This document shows positions 36,386 through 45,675 of a stretch of DNA of 64,000 nucleotides, in pieces. Source of the DNA: Vulcanimicrobiota bacterium (lineage in GTDB: Bacteria > Vulcanimicrobiota > Xenobia > Xenobiales > JADMJV01). Position numbers and translations under genes: made by a program. Location: positions 1 to 64,000 of the forward strand of contig JBFWNU010000009.1 in NCBI GenBank assembly GCA_050250895.1, written 5' to 3'. The notes beneath the pieces are model-generated. The model ran no database searches. It had not been told where the DNA came from and saw only the letters and a program-made list of their open reading frames with translations. How positions within the stretch are numbered: the first letter of the stretch is position 1; every line of letters begins with the position of its first letter.

Positions 36386-38290
36386 GTGCAGCCCATGGCC
36401 GAAATACACTTGACCACCTGCAATCGCGACTGTCCCGATGCCTGCACCCTCGAGGTGACGGTGGAAGACGGTCAGGCGGTTCGTCTGCGAGGCGCTGCCC
36501 AGGACCCGGTCACGCGCGGCTTTTTGTGCGAGCGCACCAGTCGCTTTCTCGAGCGGCAGTATGATCCCGAGCGCATCACCACTCCCCTGCTTCGCCGTGA
36601 CGGTCACCTCGAGCCGATCGGCTGGGACGAAGCCCTCGATATTGCGGCCGAGAAGCTGGCCCACTTTCGCGACGCGCATGGCAACGATTCCATCCTCAAC
36701 TACCGCTCGGGCGGCTCGCTGGGCCTGCTCAAGCACCTGACCGATTTTTTCTTCGAGTTGTTCGGGCCGGTTTGCATCAAGCACGGCGACATCTGCTCGG
36801 GCGCCGGCGAGGCGGCCCAGGAGGCCGACTTCGGCCTGTCGGACAGCTCGGACATCTTCGACCTGCACAACAGCAAGCTGATCGTGGTGTGGGGCAAGAA
36901 CATCCACACCTCCAACACCCACCTGATGCCGGTCATCCTCGAGGCCAAACGACGAGGGGCCAAGCTCATCGGCATCGATCTGGTCAAAACCCGCATCGCC
37001 AGCCAGTGTGACCTTTTTCTGACTCCCCGACCCGGCTCGGACTATGCGCTGGCCATGGGGGCCGTGCGCTGGCTCTTCGAGCACCATCGTCTCGACCCCC
37101 AGGCGGCCAGTTATTGCGACAACCTCGAGACTTTTCGCGAGCTGGCCTTCGCCCGCGAACTCTCGGAGTGGGCTCACGCTTGCGACTTGAGCGCCGCCCA
37201 ACTCAAGGAATTCAGCCGTCTTTATGCCGATAACGCTCCGGCGGCCATTCTCATCGGCTGGGGCCTGGGCCGGCGCCGTAACGGCTCGCGCACCGTGCGG
37301 GCTATCGACGGCCTGGCCGCCATTAGCGGCAACATGGGAGTGGCCGGCGGCGGGGCCTCGTTCTACTTCCAGCGCAAAGCCTGTTTCGACACCAGCTTCG
37401 TCCGGGGTCGAGCCATCGCCCCGCGCAGCTTCAGCGAGGCCCGGCTGGGCCCCGAACTGCTGGCCGCCGACCCGCCGGTGCGGATGGCCTGGATCTCGGC
37501 CGGTAACCCGGTCAGCATGCTGCCCGATAGCGCCAGCGTCAAGCAGGCCCTGGAGGCCATGGAGTTCGTGGTGGTGGTCGAGACCCACCCTACCGACACC
37601 ACCGACTGCGCCGACCTGGTGCTGCCCACCCTGACCCTGCTCGAAGACGACGACCTGCTGGGCGCCTACGGCAACCACTATGTGCGCGAATCGCGTCCGG
37701 CCGTGCCCCCGGCCGGCCAGGCGCGGCACGAGCTCTGGATCCTGCAGCAATTGGCCGAACGACTGGGTTTTGGCCAGGAATTGGCCGGCACCCCGCGGGA
37801 TTGGAAGCGAAAGATCCTCAAGCCCGAGGTGCGGCTCGAAGACCTGGCCGAGGGGCCGGTCAAAAGCCCCTTTGCCCCCGAGGTGGTCTTCGCCGGACGC
37901 AAGTTCGCCACCGCCAACGGCAAGGTGCAACTACTGGCCGAGGCCGCCCTCGATCCGCCGCGGCCTGACCACGACTATCCCTTGACCTTGTTAGCCGTCT
38001 CGACCCCCAAAGCCCAGAGTTCGCAGTGGTCGGTGACCGCTCCCCGGCGCCCCGAGGTGCGGGTGCATCCCAGCCGCGGTGCGGCCGGCCCGGCCCGCCT
38101 CGAGAGCGCGCACGGAGGCTTTGAAGTCGAGGTGGTGCCGGATGAAGCCGTGCGTCCCGACGTGGTCTATATGGCCAAGGGGGGCATGTTGCGCCACGGC
38201 TGGTGCGCTAACGCTCTGGTAGAAGCTGTCGAGACAGACGACGGAGGCGGCGCCGCCTATTACGACCAACCGGTCAGATTGGTCACCTGA
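36386..38290 (+). CDS. Molybdopterin-dependent oxidoreductase, catalytic subunit
   Basis: CNRDCPDAC...GFLC 4Fe-4S motif; WDEALD, WGKN, GNP and ADLVLP motifs; start may be ATG 36395. Confidence 0.92.
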   Translation: MQPMAEIHLTTCNRDCPDACTLEVTVEDGQAVRLRGAAQDPVTRGFLCERTSRFLERQYDPERITTPLLRRDGHLEPIGWDEALDIAAEKLAHFRDAHGNDSILNYRSGGSLGLLKHLTDFFFELFGPVCIKHGDICSGAGEAAQEADFGLSDSSDIFDLHNSKLIVVWGKNIHTSNTHLMPVILEAKRRGAKLIGIDLVKTRIASQCDLFLTPRPGSDYALAMGAVRWLFEHHRLDPQAASYCDNLETFRELAFARELSEWAHACDLSAAQLKEFSRLYADNAPAAILIGWGLGRRRNGSRTVRAIDGLAAISGNMGVAGGGASFYFQRKACFDTSFVRGRAIAPRSFSEARLGPELLAADPPVRMAWISAGNPVSMLPDSASVKQALEAMEFVVVVETHPTDTTDCADLVLPTLTLLEDDDLLGAYGNHYVRESRPAVPPAGQARHELWILQQLAERLGFGQELAGTPRDWKRKILKPEVRLEDLAEGPVKSPFAPEVVFAGRKFATANGKVQLLAEAALDPPRPDHDYPLTLLAVSTPKAQSSQWSVTAPRRPEVRVHPSRGAAGPARLESAHGGFEVEVVPDEAVRPDVVYMAKGGMLRHGWCANALVEAVETDDGGGAAYYDQPVRLVT

Positions 38291-38335
38291 CCGGGATCAG
38301 TGCCAGGCTGAGCGGGGCTTGCTACAGTATGCCTG

Positions 38336-38875
38336 ATGAGAAAACTGCTCCCGGTCCTATTGCTGACTTTGCTCACCGGCGTGGTTGCGGCTCAGACGCG
38401 CCACTACGACCAGGTCAGGCACTTTTCCATCGAGTTGCCAGCCGGCTGGAGCCCCAGCACCATGCAGAACGCCGACTTCGCCATGAGCGATGGCAAATTG
38501 AGTCTTGGCGTATATACCCTCAACGATGCGGACCTGGCCAGCGCCGTGAGTCGCCTGGCCGAGACCTACAAGAAGCTGGGAGCCAAAGAAACGCTCAAGC
38601 AGGCCATCACCATCAACGAAGTGCCCGGCAACATCTCGGTCTGGGAAGGGGGCGGAGAGGCCCTCCTGTCGACCGTGCTGGTCAGCGGACAGGAGAAATT
38701 CTTGCTGTTGGGGACCTTTCCCAGCGGCTCGAGCAAGACCGACGCCGAGCGCATGGTGGTCATCTGCAAGTCGTTTCGCGTGGAAAGAGGGGCGGCACCC
38801 GTCGCGGCACCGCCCCCCAGTCAGCCGGCCACTCCCCCGCCGATCAGCCAACCGCCGGAAGAAGACCAGTTCTAG
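38336..38875 (+). CDS. Secreted hypothetical protein (PsbP/DcrB-like fold possible)
   Basis: Signal peptide; FSIELPAGW motif; SFRV near the C-terminus. Confidence 0.7.
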   Translation: MRKLLPVLLLTLLTGVVAAQTRHYDQVRHFSIELPAGWSPSTMQNADFAMSDGKLSLGVYTLNDADLASAVSRLAETYKKLGAKETLKQAITINEVPGNISVWEGGGEALLSTVLVSGQEKFLLLGTFPSGSSKTDAERMVVICKSFRVERGAAPVAAPPPSQPATPPPISQPPEEDQF

Positions 38876-41800
38876 CGAGCCACGTGATAGTCGGTGATGT
38901 AGAGGTGGGTGGTGTGGCGCCGGATCATATTCTCGACCATGCCTCGGTCCAGCCCTAGCAGCCCGATATCGGACAGGGTGTGGACGCGGCCAGGCTCGAC
39001 CAGCTGATCGCCGGCTAGCATGGCACCGGCGGTGCGGTGGTTGCCGTCCATCAGCAGATACTTGAAGCTCTCGCCGCCATTGATGGGAATCTCGAGCACC
39101 TCTTGCCCGTCCTTGAAGCCGTTGATGGCTTGCTTGGTTTTGCCCCAATTGACCACCGGGCCGGGAGCTCCCTGAGCGAAGACCATGTCGTCGATCTTCT
39201 TGGTGATGCCGCCACCGGTCGGCACCTCGCGTCGACCGGCGTAGCGGTCCACCGATTCCAGCATCTGGTCGACCAGCTGCTGGTGCTCGTCCCAGCTCTG
39301 CTGCTTGCCCACGAAGGGCGGAGGACGCTTGCCGGTGAGCCGCTCTTTGATGGTGGTCGGGCCGTTGACGAAGCCGTCCACGGTCTGGTTGGGATTGACC
39401 GCTTTCGACAACTTCATGTCCTGGGTCCCGGCCAGAATCGGGTCGAACAGCTCGCGGGCGGCTTCGCCGCTGCCGACTTGCTCGGCCACCTGAGTGAGCT
39501 GGCCGACCCGCTCGCTGAGCTGCTCTTTGAGGAACGGATCGGTCTTGAGCTGGTCTTTGAGCTGAGCGGCTTCGCGCGTGAGCATCGTCTGCATGTCGTC
39601 GCGCATGCTCTGGCGTGTGGCCTGATCGGCTCCGGCGTAAGCCTGGCCGAGTTCTTTGCGAAGATTCTCGTCTTTGAGCAGCTTCGATTGAGGATCGTTG
39701 AAGTCGAAGCGCTGGTTGGCCGGGCCATCGTCGACGTCGCGACCCAGCCGCGCGGGCCGGCCCTGTTCGACCGGACGAGGACCGTCCACGGTGTGCACGA
39801 CGCGCCCAGGCCCGCCGCCGGGAGGGGTCGGGTCGTAGTAGAACGAGGTGTTATCGAGGTTGCCCATATCGAGCCCTTTGCGAGGCAGCTCGCTGACGGG
39901 AAGCTCGGTGTGGCCGTAGGGGGGCTCGCTCTGGGTGAGGTGAACGGTATCTCCGTCGACCACGCCGCTGTCGTATTTCTGCACTCGCCCCACCAGGTCT
40001 TGAAGCTCATCGGCCGAGTAACGCTGGCCACCCAGGGTGACCTCGTGCAGGTCGCTCTGGCGGATGTCGCCCACAGCGGCCGAATGCTCTTGCTGTTTGA
40101 CCCAGGCGTCGCGCTCGGCCCCGGTCTTGGGCATCTTCTCCTGGGGCAGATAACGGCCCGGCATCCCCTGGGTGTCGAGCACGGCGAAGTTCTGGTCGTC
40201 GTTGAGGAAGCGCGGGTGAGTCTCGGTAGTGGGAGTGTATTTCGAGCTGCGGGCTTTGGCACTGCCATCGGCGAAAACGGTGGCTTCCAGGGCGTCCGGC
40301 GATCCGTCGGGGCCGCGGGCGGGGATGCCGTTGCCATCAAGGATGTTGGCGATGTCGTTGCCGTTGAGGGCGCGGTAGGCGATGCCCGCTTCGCGCGACA
40401 AGCGCACGGCTTCCTCTTTGCTGCCGGCCTTGAGGGCCTTCTCGATCTTGGCCTGGCGCTTGGGCGGAACGTCGCGTCCGAGCACAGCGCTGTCGTTGGC
40501 CGGGCCGGTCGGAGGCACCGCGTCGGCGGCGGCCGCCTCTTGGGCCTGGCGAGCGCGGATCTGGCCATCTTCGAGCCGGCTGAGGGCGGCGACATCCTGC
40601 GGCTGGCCGGTCTTGGGCTTGGGCTGCGACTTGAGGCGGTCGAAATAGTTGGCCACGAAATCGTGTCCGCCGGCTTCGGCCCGGTGCTCGGCCAGGCTGC
40701 TCTCGTAGGCTTGCCGGGCCTCGGCGATCTGCTCGGGGGAGGCGCCCTGCTCGCGCAACTGGCGCAGCTTGCCATAGGCCGCGTCGGCCTGGGACAGGGC
40801 GGCCGAGGCAGCCGCGTCGCCGCCGGCGGCCTGTTGGGCCAACACGGCGTGGTCGAGTTCGTGTCCGAACTCGTGGGCCGACACGCGACCGTTGCTATCC
40901 ACCGGCAGTTGAATCTGGGAGCGGCCGTTCTCGGTGATGGTCTGGGCCACATTGCCGGTGCCGATGTCGACGCCGTCGAGCATGTTGGGGTCAAGACCCC
41001 GCGACTGCAGATAGGCTGCCGCCTCGGAGCGCAGGTTGTCAGAGTCGAGGCGCAATTTGGAGGTCTCGGGGCTAAAGCCGCCCGCCGGAGCTTCACCACC
41101 GTGGGGCACCGGAGCATCCACCTTCGGGGCACGTAGGCGACTGGCCGCATCACCAGCGGTGCCAAAAGCCGGACCGAGAACGCCACCCACGGCCGCTCCC
41201 ATCTTGGCCTTCTCATGCGCTTCTCCCAGCGAGTTGCCGTCGATGACCGCCCCGGCGAAGGTGCTGCCGTAGCCGTCGGCGGCACCCTCGACAGCGTTGA
41301 GGCCGCGAGCGGCCAACCAGGTGCCGGCCCCGGCCGAGCGACCGGCCAGCAGAGTCTTCTCGGCCAAAGCAGCGGCCCGGCTCGTGCCCAGGGCCGACAT
41401 GGCGTTGACTCCGCCTTTGAAGAAATCGGTGGCGATGTTGCCCTGATACTGGCCACTGCCGGTGCCGGCTTCGAGAGCCTTCACTCCCACCTTGGTCAGC
41501 CCGCCGGCCAGCGGGGCGGCCACCAGCGAGGCTCCGCCGGTAACCGGAGCCAGCGCCAGGCCAGCCGATACCGAGGCCACATCCGAGATCCCCTCGACCC
41601 AGTTCTCTTGCGAGGTCTTATACTCGCCGATGCGCTGCTCGATGCCACCCAGTTCGCCGCGCAGCTTGCCCAGGCGCTTTTCATACTCCTGGCGGAATTC
41701 GGCGTCGGTGCCCTGGAAATTGGCCATATCCATGATGGCCTGGCGCGATTGGATGGCGCCGCCGATCTGGTTGCCGATGGCCCGGCTACCCAGGTTGGAG

Positions 41801-44800
41801 TCGATGACCCAGCCCCCGGGGCGTCCCAGTTCGTTCTTGACGCCGTCGGCGAAGTCGCCCACGATGCCCTGGTCGTCGACCACCTGGCGAAACTCCCGGT
41901 CGAGAGCGGCCGTCTGCTGGCCCACCCGGCCCAGGTCATAGGCCCGCGACAGCTTGCTCTTCATAGCGTCGTAGGCACCCGAATCGAGCTGGTTCTGCTC
42001 GCGCATCTGCTCGAGGGTAGACAGGCCGCGGGCCGCGTCGGTGGGGCTGATGGCCCGCATGTCGCGGTCCTGCAGGTCTTGCATGAAAGCCCCGTTGTTG
42101 ACTCCGTAGAACGGGCTGTCTTCCCACCAGCCATTCTGCTGATAGGCGGCTTCGCGCTGGGCGGTGGCTTCGGCCGTCTTCTGCTCGAAGGACTTGTCCA
42201 TCATCCGGTCCCCAGGAGCGGAGTAATTGTCCATCAGGTCAGTGTAAGAAATCTGGGCGCTGCCGGGCACCACGTCTCGGCGCAGAGCAGCTTCGACCTC
42301 TTCGACCTTGCCGGCTTTGAGGTCTTGCTCGAGCTGTTCGAGGCGCTGGTCGGACTTCTGCTGCCACTCGCCCAGCCGGCCCGCGTCTTCGGGTCGTTGC
42401 TGCGAACCCGTCTGCATCAGACGACCGGTTTCGTAGCGAGCCATCTGGATGCGCTCGCTGGCCACGGTGCCCATGACGCCCCGGCGCTCGTCGACCGACA
42501 TCGAGTCCCAGGCCTGACCGGCGGCCTGCTGCAGCTGCTGGTCACCGACCCGGGCCCATTCCCGATCGAGTTCGTCGCGATCGATGTTGGCGGCCGACTG
42601 CAACTCTTTGCGCTGGGCCTCGCGCACGCCATCCTCGCGCATACCCGCGAGCTGCTCGCGACTCAGGCGCTGGACCTCAGCCTGGTAGGCGTTCCACTGG
42701 CGATTCTGGGCGTTGTCCTGGGCGCTGGCCCGGGGGCCGGTGCGGGCTCCGCCGGTGGGCGGGTCGACCCCGTACTGCTGCCGGAAGGTCTCGCGGGCCT
42801 GGCTCTGCAGATCAGCCTGAGCCTGCTGCTGAGCCGCGAAGTAGTGCGGCATGTTCTCTTTCATCAGGCGCTCATACTCGGCCTGGACCTGGCGGCCTCG
42901 GCCCTGGGAGCCCTGCCCGCCCGACGGATACTTGGCTTCAGCCTGCTTCTTGAGCTTGGCGGCGGCCGCATCATAGCCGCCGTTCTGGGTGACGTAGTCC
43001 CGCTCGCTGGCAAACTGCCGATCGATCTGGGCCGACTGGCGTTGAGTGTAGCGCTCGGCGAAAGTGCTAGCGTCGACCGTGGCCGGAGTGTTGGCATTGC
43101 CGGCCTGATAGTCGGGATTGGGATACTGACCGTTGGCTTCGAGCGTGCGGGTGGCGAACTGCCGCTGCAAACCTTCGGGCTGGGTGCCGATGTGGGTCTG
43201 ATAGTTCTCGGTGGCCGAATTCTGGCGCACCATCCCGTTCATCTGCGGGCTGTAGCCGGGCGGGAAGACGGTGTTCTGGTCGTAGATGTCGCCCTGGGTG
43301 TTGTAGGCCTGCAGGTTGGCCTGGCTAAAATCGGCCCCGCGGGCATCGCCATAGACCGCCGGCTTGTCCCGCCGATTCTCGAACGGGTTGCCAAACTGCG
43401 AAGGCTGCCCTTGCCCGGGCGGCAATCCCAGGTGCTGGCGCAGCTCGGGGCTCATCTGGATGTCTCCCGGGGCGATGCCCCGACTTCTCAGGTCCTGATA
43501 GCCCTTCAGCTCTTTCTGCAGGGCCGGGGACGGCGGCTGGTTGCCGCCCGGGGCCGACACGGCTTGACCGGGACGCACCAGCTGAATCTCGCCGTTGCCC
43601 GCGAAGCTGAAGGGCAGCTGCTGGGTGGAGGGACGGTTCATGCTCTGGTCCACCGGGGCGCTGTCGAAGGCCTGTCCCACGCTGAGCTGCCCCGCCTGGC
43701 GCGACAGCTTCTTGCCACGGTCGACGATGGCTGCATCCATGGCTTCCATCTGCTGGCGCACCGAAGCCAGGTCTTGGGACTGGGAGCGGCGGTCTAGCCC
43801 TTGAGCCTCGTAGGCCTGATTGAGTTCACGCTGGCGCGCCTCGAGCGAACTGAGCTGACCCGAGAAGTTCGGGAACATCTGCGCGTCCTGGCCGGCCTGA
43901 TTGGCCCGCATCAAGACCTTGGCATCGTCGGCATTCTTGACCTGATCCATCTCGCGTCCGAAGACCTGGGTGGTGGGCCGCCCGTCGCGCAGGTCCTGGC
44001 GGGCCTGCAGCGTGATCTCAGAAGCCAGAGCCCCGTAGCGCTCGCGCTCCTGAGCACTATAATCCAGGGCTGACGGAGGCGGGCTGAACGGACTGACCGG
44101 CCGCCCGCCGTTCATGCGGCTCTCGAGTTCGCTGAAGTTGTTGCCCACGGTCATACCCTCGAGTTGGGCGAACTGGCCCAGCGAGGCGTTGAGTTGCTGG
44201 CTGTCGCGCTGAATGCCAAGCCGCTGGGCCATCAACGGTGTCTGGGCCTCGGCCAACAGAGCTCGCATCTCTTGCTGGTTCTGGTCGAACTTGGCCCGCT
44301 CGGCCGAGTTGGTGGGCGGCACCTGAGCGTCGAGTTCTTTCTGGAAATCGGCCGCCTGCTGAGCCGTGATGGGCCCATTCATACCAGCCGTCTCGACCCG
44401 GTAACCCAGGCTGCCGTGGGCATACTCGGACCCGTTGGCGCTCAGCAACTGCACCTGCCCGTCGGCCCAGCCGCGGATGGCCTGGCTCTGCTCCTCGGCC
44501 GAAGGCCGATCCTGGGTCGGATTCTGCTGGCCGTTGCCGTTGGGCTGGCCCGGCTGGGCGACCGGGTTTTGCTGACCGTTGCTATTGACCGGGTTGGCCT
44601 GACCGTTGCCGTTGGCTTGACCGTTGGCGGGCGGGTTTGCCTGGCCGTTGGCGGGGGGATTGGCCTGTCCGTTGGCTGGCGGGTTGGCCTGGCCGTCGGC
44701 TGGCGGGTTGGCCTGGCCGTTGGCGGGGGGATTGGCCTGTCCGTTGGCCGGCGGGTTGGCCTGGCCGTTGGCGGGGGGATTGGCCTGGCCGTTGGCGGGG

Positions 44801-45480
44801 GGATTGGCCTGTCCGTTGGCCGGCGGGTTGGCCTGGCCATTGGCCGGCGGGTTTGCCTGGCCGTCGGCGGGGGGGTTTGTCTGGCCGTTGGCTGGCGGGT
44901 TGGCCTGGCCATTGGCCGGCGGGTTGGCCTGGCCGTTGGCGGGGGGGTTGGCCTGGCCGTTGGCGGGGGGGTTGGCCTGGCCATCGGCTGGCGGGTTGGG
45001 CTGGCCATTGGCTGGCGGGTTGGCCTGGCCATTGGCCGGCGGGTTGGCCTGACCGTTGCCGTTGGCTTGACCGTTGGCGGGGGGATTGGCCTGACCGTTG
45101 CCGTTGGCTTGGCCCGGCTGGGCGGCGGGGTTTTGCTGACCGTTGCCGTTGGCCGCAGCTCCCCAACCACTGATGGCGCGACTCTGCTCGCGAGCCGATG
45201 GGCGGTTGGGGTCGCGGGGTTTGGCCTGGGGATTGGCTTTGGCTTTTTGACCCTGACCTGAAGCTTGAGGCTTGGTCTGCGGGCCCGACGACGACTGGTC
45301 GGCCTTCTTGGCCGGGGCGGCTTGCTTTGATTGCTGGCCGGTGGCCGGCTGATCGGCCTTCTTGGCCGCCGGGGCCTTCTTGGATTGCACTGCCGGACGA
45401 CGCTTTTGCGTCCTGGCTGCCCCTCCCGATTTGCGTGTCACCGGCCGCCTTGTCGGCGTTGTCTTACGTCTTACCCGCAT
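38872..45480 (-). CDS. Giant 2202-aa polymorphic-toxin-like protein
   Basis: Basic low-complexity N-terminus; ANPPANGQ repeats; helical core; Gly/Ala hydrophobic segment; HEFGH motif; ART-like region; C-terminal LLMDGNHR (ParB/Srx-like). Confidence 0.8.
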   Translation of the reverse strand: MRVRRKTTPTRRPVTRKSGGAARTQKRRPAVQSKKAPAAKKADQPATGQQSKQAAPAKKADQSSSGPQTKPQASGQGQKAKANPQAKPRDPNRPSAREQSRAISGWGAAANGNGQQNPAAQPGQANGNGQANPPANGQANGNGQANPPANGQANPPANGQPNPPADGQANPPANGQANPPANGQANPPANGQANPPANGQTNPPADGQANPPANGQANPPANGQANPPANGQANPPANGQANPPANGQANPPANGQANPPADGQANPPANGQANPPANGQANPPANGQANGNGQANPVNSNGQQNPVAQPGQPNGNGQQNPTQDRPSAEEQSQAIRGWADGQVQLLSANGSEYAHGSLGYRVETAGMNGPITAQQAADFQKELDAQVPPTNSAERAKFDQNQQEMRALLAEAQTPLMAQRLGIQRDSQQLNASLGQFAQLEGMTVGNNFSELESRMNGGRPVSPFSPPPSALDYSAQERERYGALASEITLQARQDLRDGRPTTQVFGREMDQVKNADDAKVLMRANQAGQDAQMFPNFSGQLSSLEARQRELNQAYEAQGLDRRSQSQDLASVRQQMEAMDAAIVDRGKKLSRQAGQLSVGQAFDSAPVDQSMNRPSTQQLPFSFAGNGEIQLVRPGQAVSAPGGNQPPSPALQKELKGYQDLRSRGIAPGDIQMSPELRQHLGLPPGQGQPSQFGNPFENRRDKPAVYGDARGADFSQANLQAYNTQGDIYDQNTVFPPGYSPQMNGMVRQNSATENYQTHIGTQPEGLQRQFATRTLEANGQYPNPDYQAGNANTPATVDASTFAERYTQRQSAQIDRQFASERDYVTQNGGYDAAAAKLKKQAEAKYPSGGQGSQGRGRQVQAEYERLMKENMPHYFAAQQQAQADLQSQARETFRQQYGVDPPTGGARTGPRASAQDNAQNRQWNAYQAEVQRLSREQLAGMREDGVREAQRKELQSAANIDRDELDREWARVGDQQLQQAAGQAWDSMSVDERRGVMGTVASERIQMARYETGRLMQTGSQQRPEDAGRLGEWQQKSDQRLEQLEQDLKAGKVEEVEAALRRDVVPGSAQISYTDLMDNYSAPGDRMMDKSFEQKTAEATAQREAAYQQNGWWEDSPFYGVNNGAFMQDLQDRDMRAISPTDAARGLSTLEQMREQNQLDSGAYDAMKSKLSRAYDLGRVGQQTAALDREFRQVVDDQGIVGDFADGVKNELGRPGGWVIDSNLGSRAIGNQIGGAIQSRQAIMDMANFQGTDAEFRQEYEKRLGKLRGELGGIEQRIGEYKTSQENWVEGISDVASVSAGLALAPVTGGASLVAAPLAGGLTKVGVKALEAGTGSGQYQGNIATDFFKGGVNAMSALGTSRAAALAEKTLLAGRSAGAGTWLAARGLNAVEGAADGYGSTFAGAVIDGNSLGEAHEKAKMGAAVGGVLGPAFGTAGDAASRLRAPKVDAPVPHGGEAPAGGFSPETSKLRLDSDNLRSEAAAYLQSRGLDPNMLDGVDIGTGNVAQTITENGRSQIQLPVDSNGRVSAHEFGHELDHAVLAQQAAGGDAAASAALSQADAAYGKLRQLREQGASPEQIAEARQAYESSLAEHRAEAGGHDFVANYFDRLKSQPKPKTGQPQDVAALSRLEDGQIRARQAQEAAAADAVPPTGPANDSAVLGRDVPPKRQAKIEKALKAGSKEEAVRLSREAGIAYRALNGNDIANILDGNGIPARGPDGSPDALEATVFADGSAKARSSKYTPTTETHPRFLNDDQNFAVLDTQGMPGRYLPQEKMPKTGAERDAWVKQQEHSAAVGDIRQSDLHEVTLGGQRYSADELQDLVGRVQKYDSGVVDGDTVHLTQSEPPYGHTELPVSELPRKGLDMGNLDNTSFYYDPTPPGGGPGRVVHTVDGPRPVEQGRPARLGRDVDDGPANQRFDFNDPQSKLLKDENLRKELGQAYAGADQATRQSMRDDMQTMLTREAAQLKDQLKTDPFLKEQLSERVGQLTQVAEQVGSGEAARELFDPILAGTQDMKLSKAVNPNQTVDGFVNGPTTIKERLTGKRPPPFVGKQQSWDEHQQLVDQMLESVDRYAGRREVPTGGGITKKIDDMVFAQGAPGPVVNWGKTKQAINGFKDGQEVLEIPINGGESFKYLLMDGNHRTAGAMLAGDQLVEPGRVHTLSDIGLLGLDRGMVENMIRRHTTHLYITDYHVAR
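44617..45090 (-). repeat. 24-bp coding tandem repeat (ANPPANGQ x18 plus one extra unit)
   Basis: Units in phase at 44617-45048, then an ANGNGQ spacer and a further unit at 45067-45090. Confidence 0.95.
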
Positions 45481-45495
45481 TGAACCCTCGCCAGC

Positions 45496-45539
45496 ATCTT
45501 AGCGTGTCGGGTCAACGACTATTCGTCAAAAAATGTTAA
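45496..45539 (-). promoter_or_regulatory. Direct-repeat box promoter (class N22)
   Basis: Minus strand reads TTAAC-ATTTTT-TGACG-N22-TAAGAT; a further GAAAC-N6-GCAAC pair lies upstream. Confidence 0.5.
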
Positions 45540-45620
45540 AACTCGATGAACATTGTTGCCGTAATGTTTCGGGGACTGTTCCAAGCGCTCGTCGGGCTGG
45601 AAGCCGGACGCCGGGGTGCG

Positions 45621-45636
45621 ACTTCCACCTGGAAGT
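45621..45636. repeat. Dispersed copy of the HNH-associated palindrome
   Basis: ACTTCCACCTGGAAGT, one mismatch from ACTTCCAGCTGGAAGT; intergenic. Confidence 0.6.
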
Positions 45637-45675
45637 GATTCGCCGCATTCTCGGTGCTGCCGAATCGCCGGGAAC

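Noticed and set aside
35915-37930. 671-aa minus-strand ORF
   Set aside because: Antisense shadow of the molybdopterin oxidoreductase.
39037-43797. Large plus-strand ORFs (699 aa and 860 aa) opposite the giant gene
   Set aside because: Antisense shadows of a GC3-biased CDS with no domain motifs.
44617-45090. 24-bp repeat as a non-coding array or CRISPR
   Set aside because: It is in frame within a CDS, has no spacers, and its variation is mostly synonymous.
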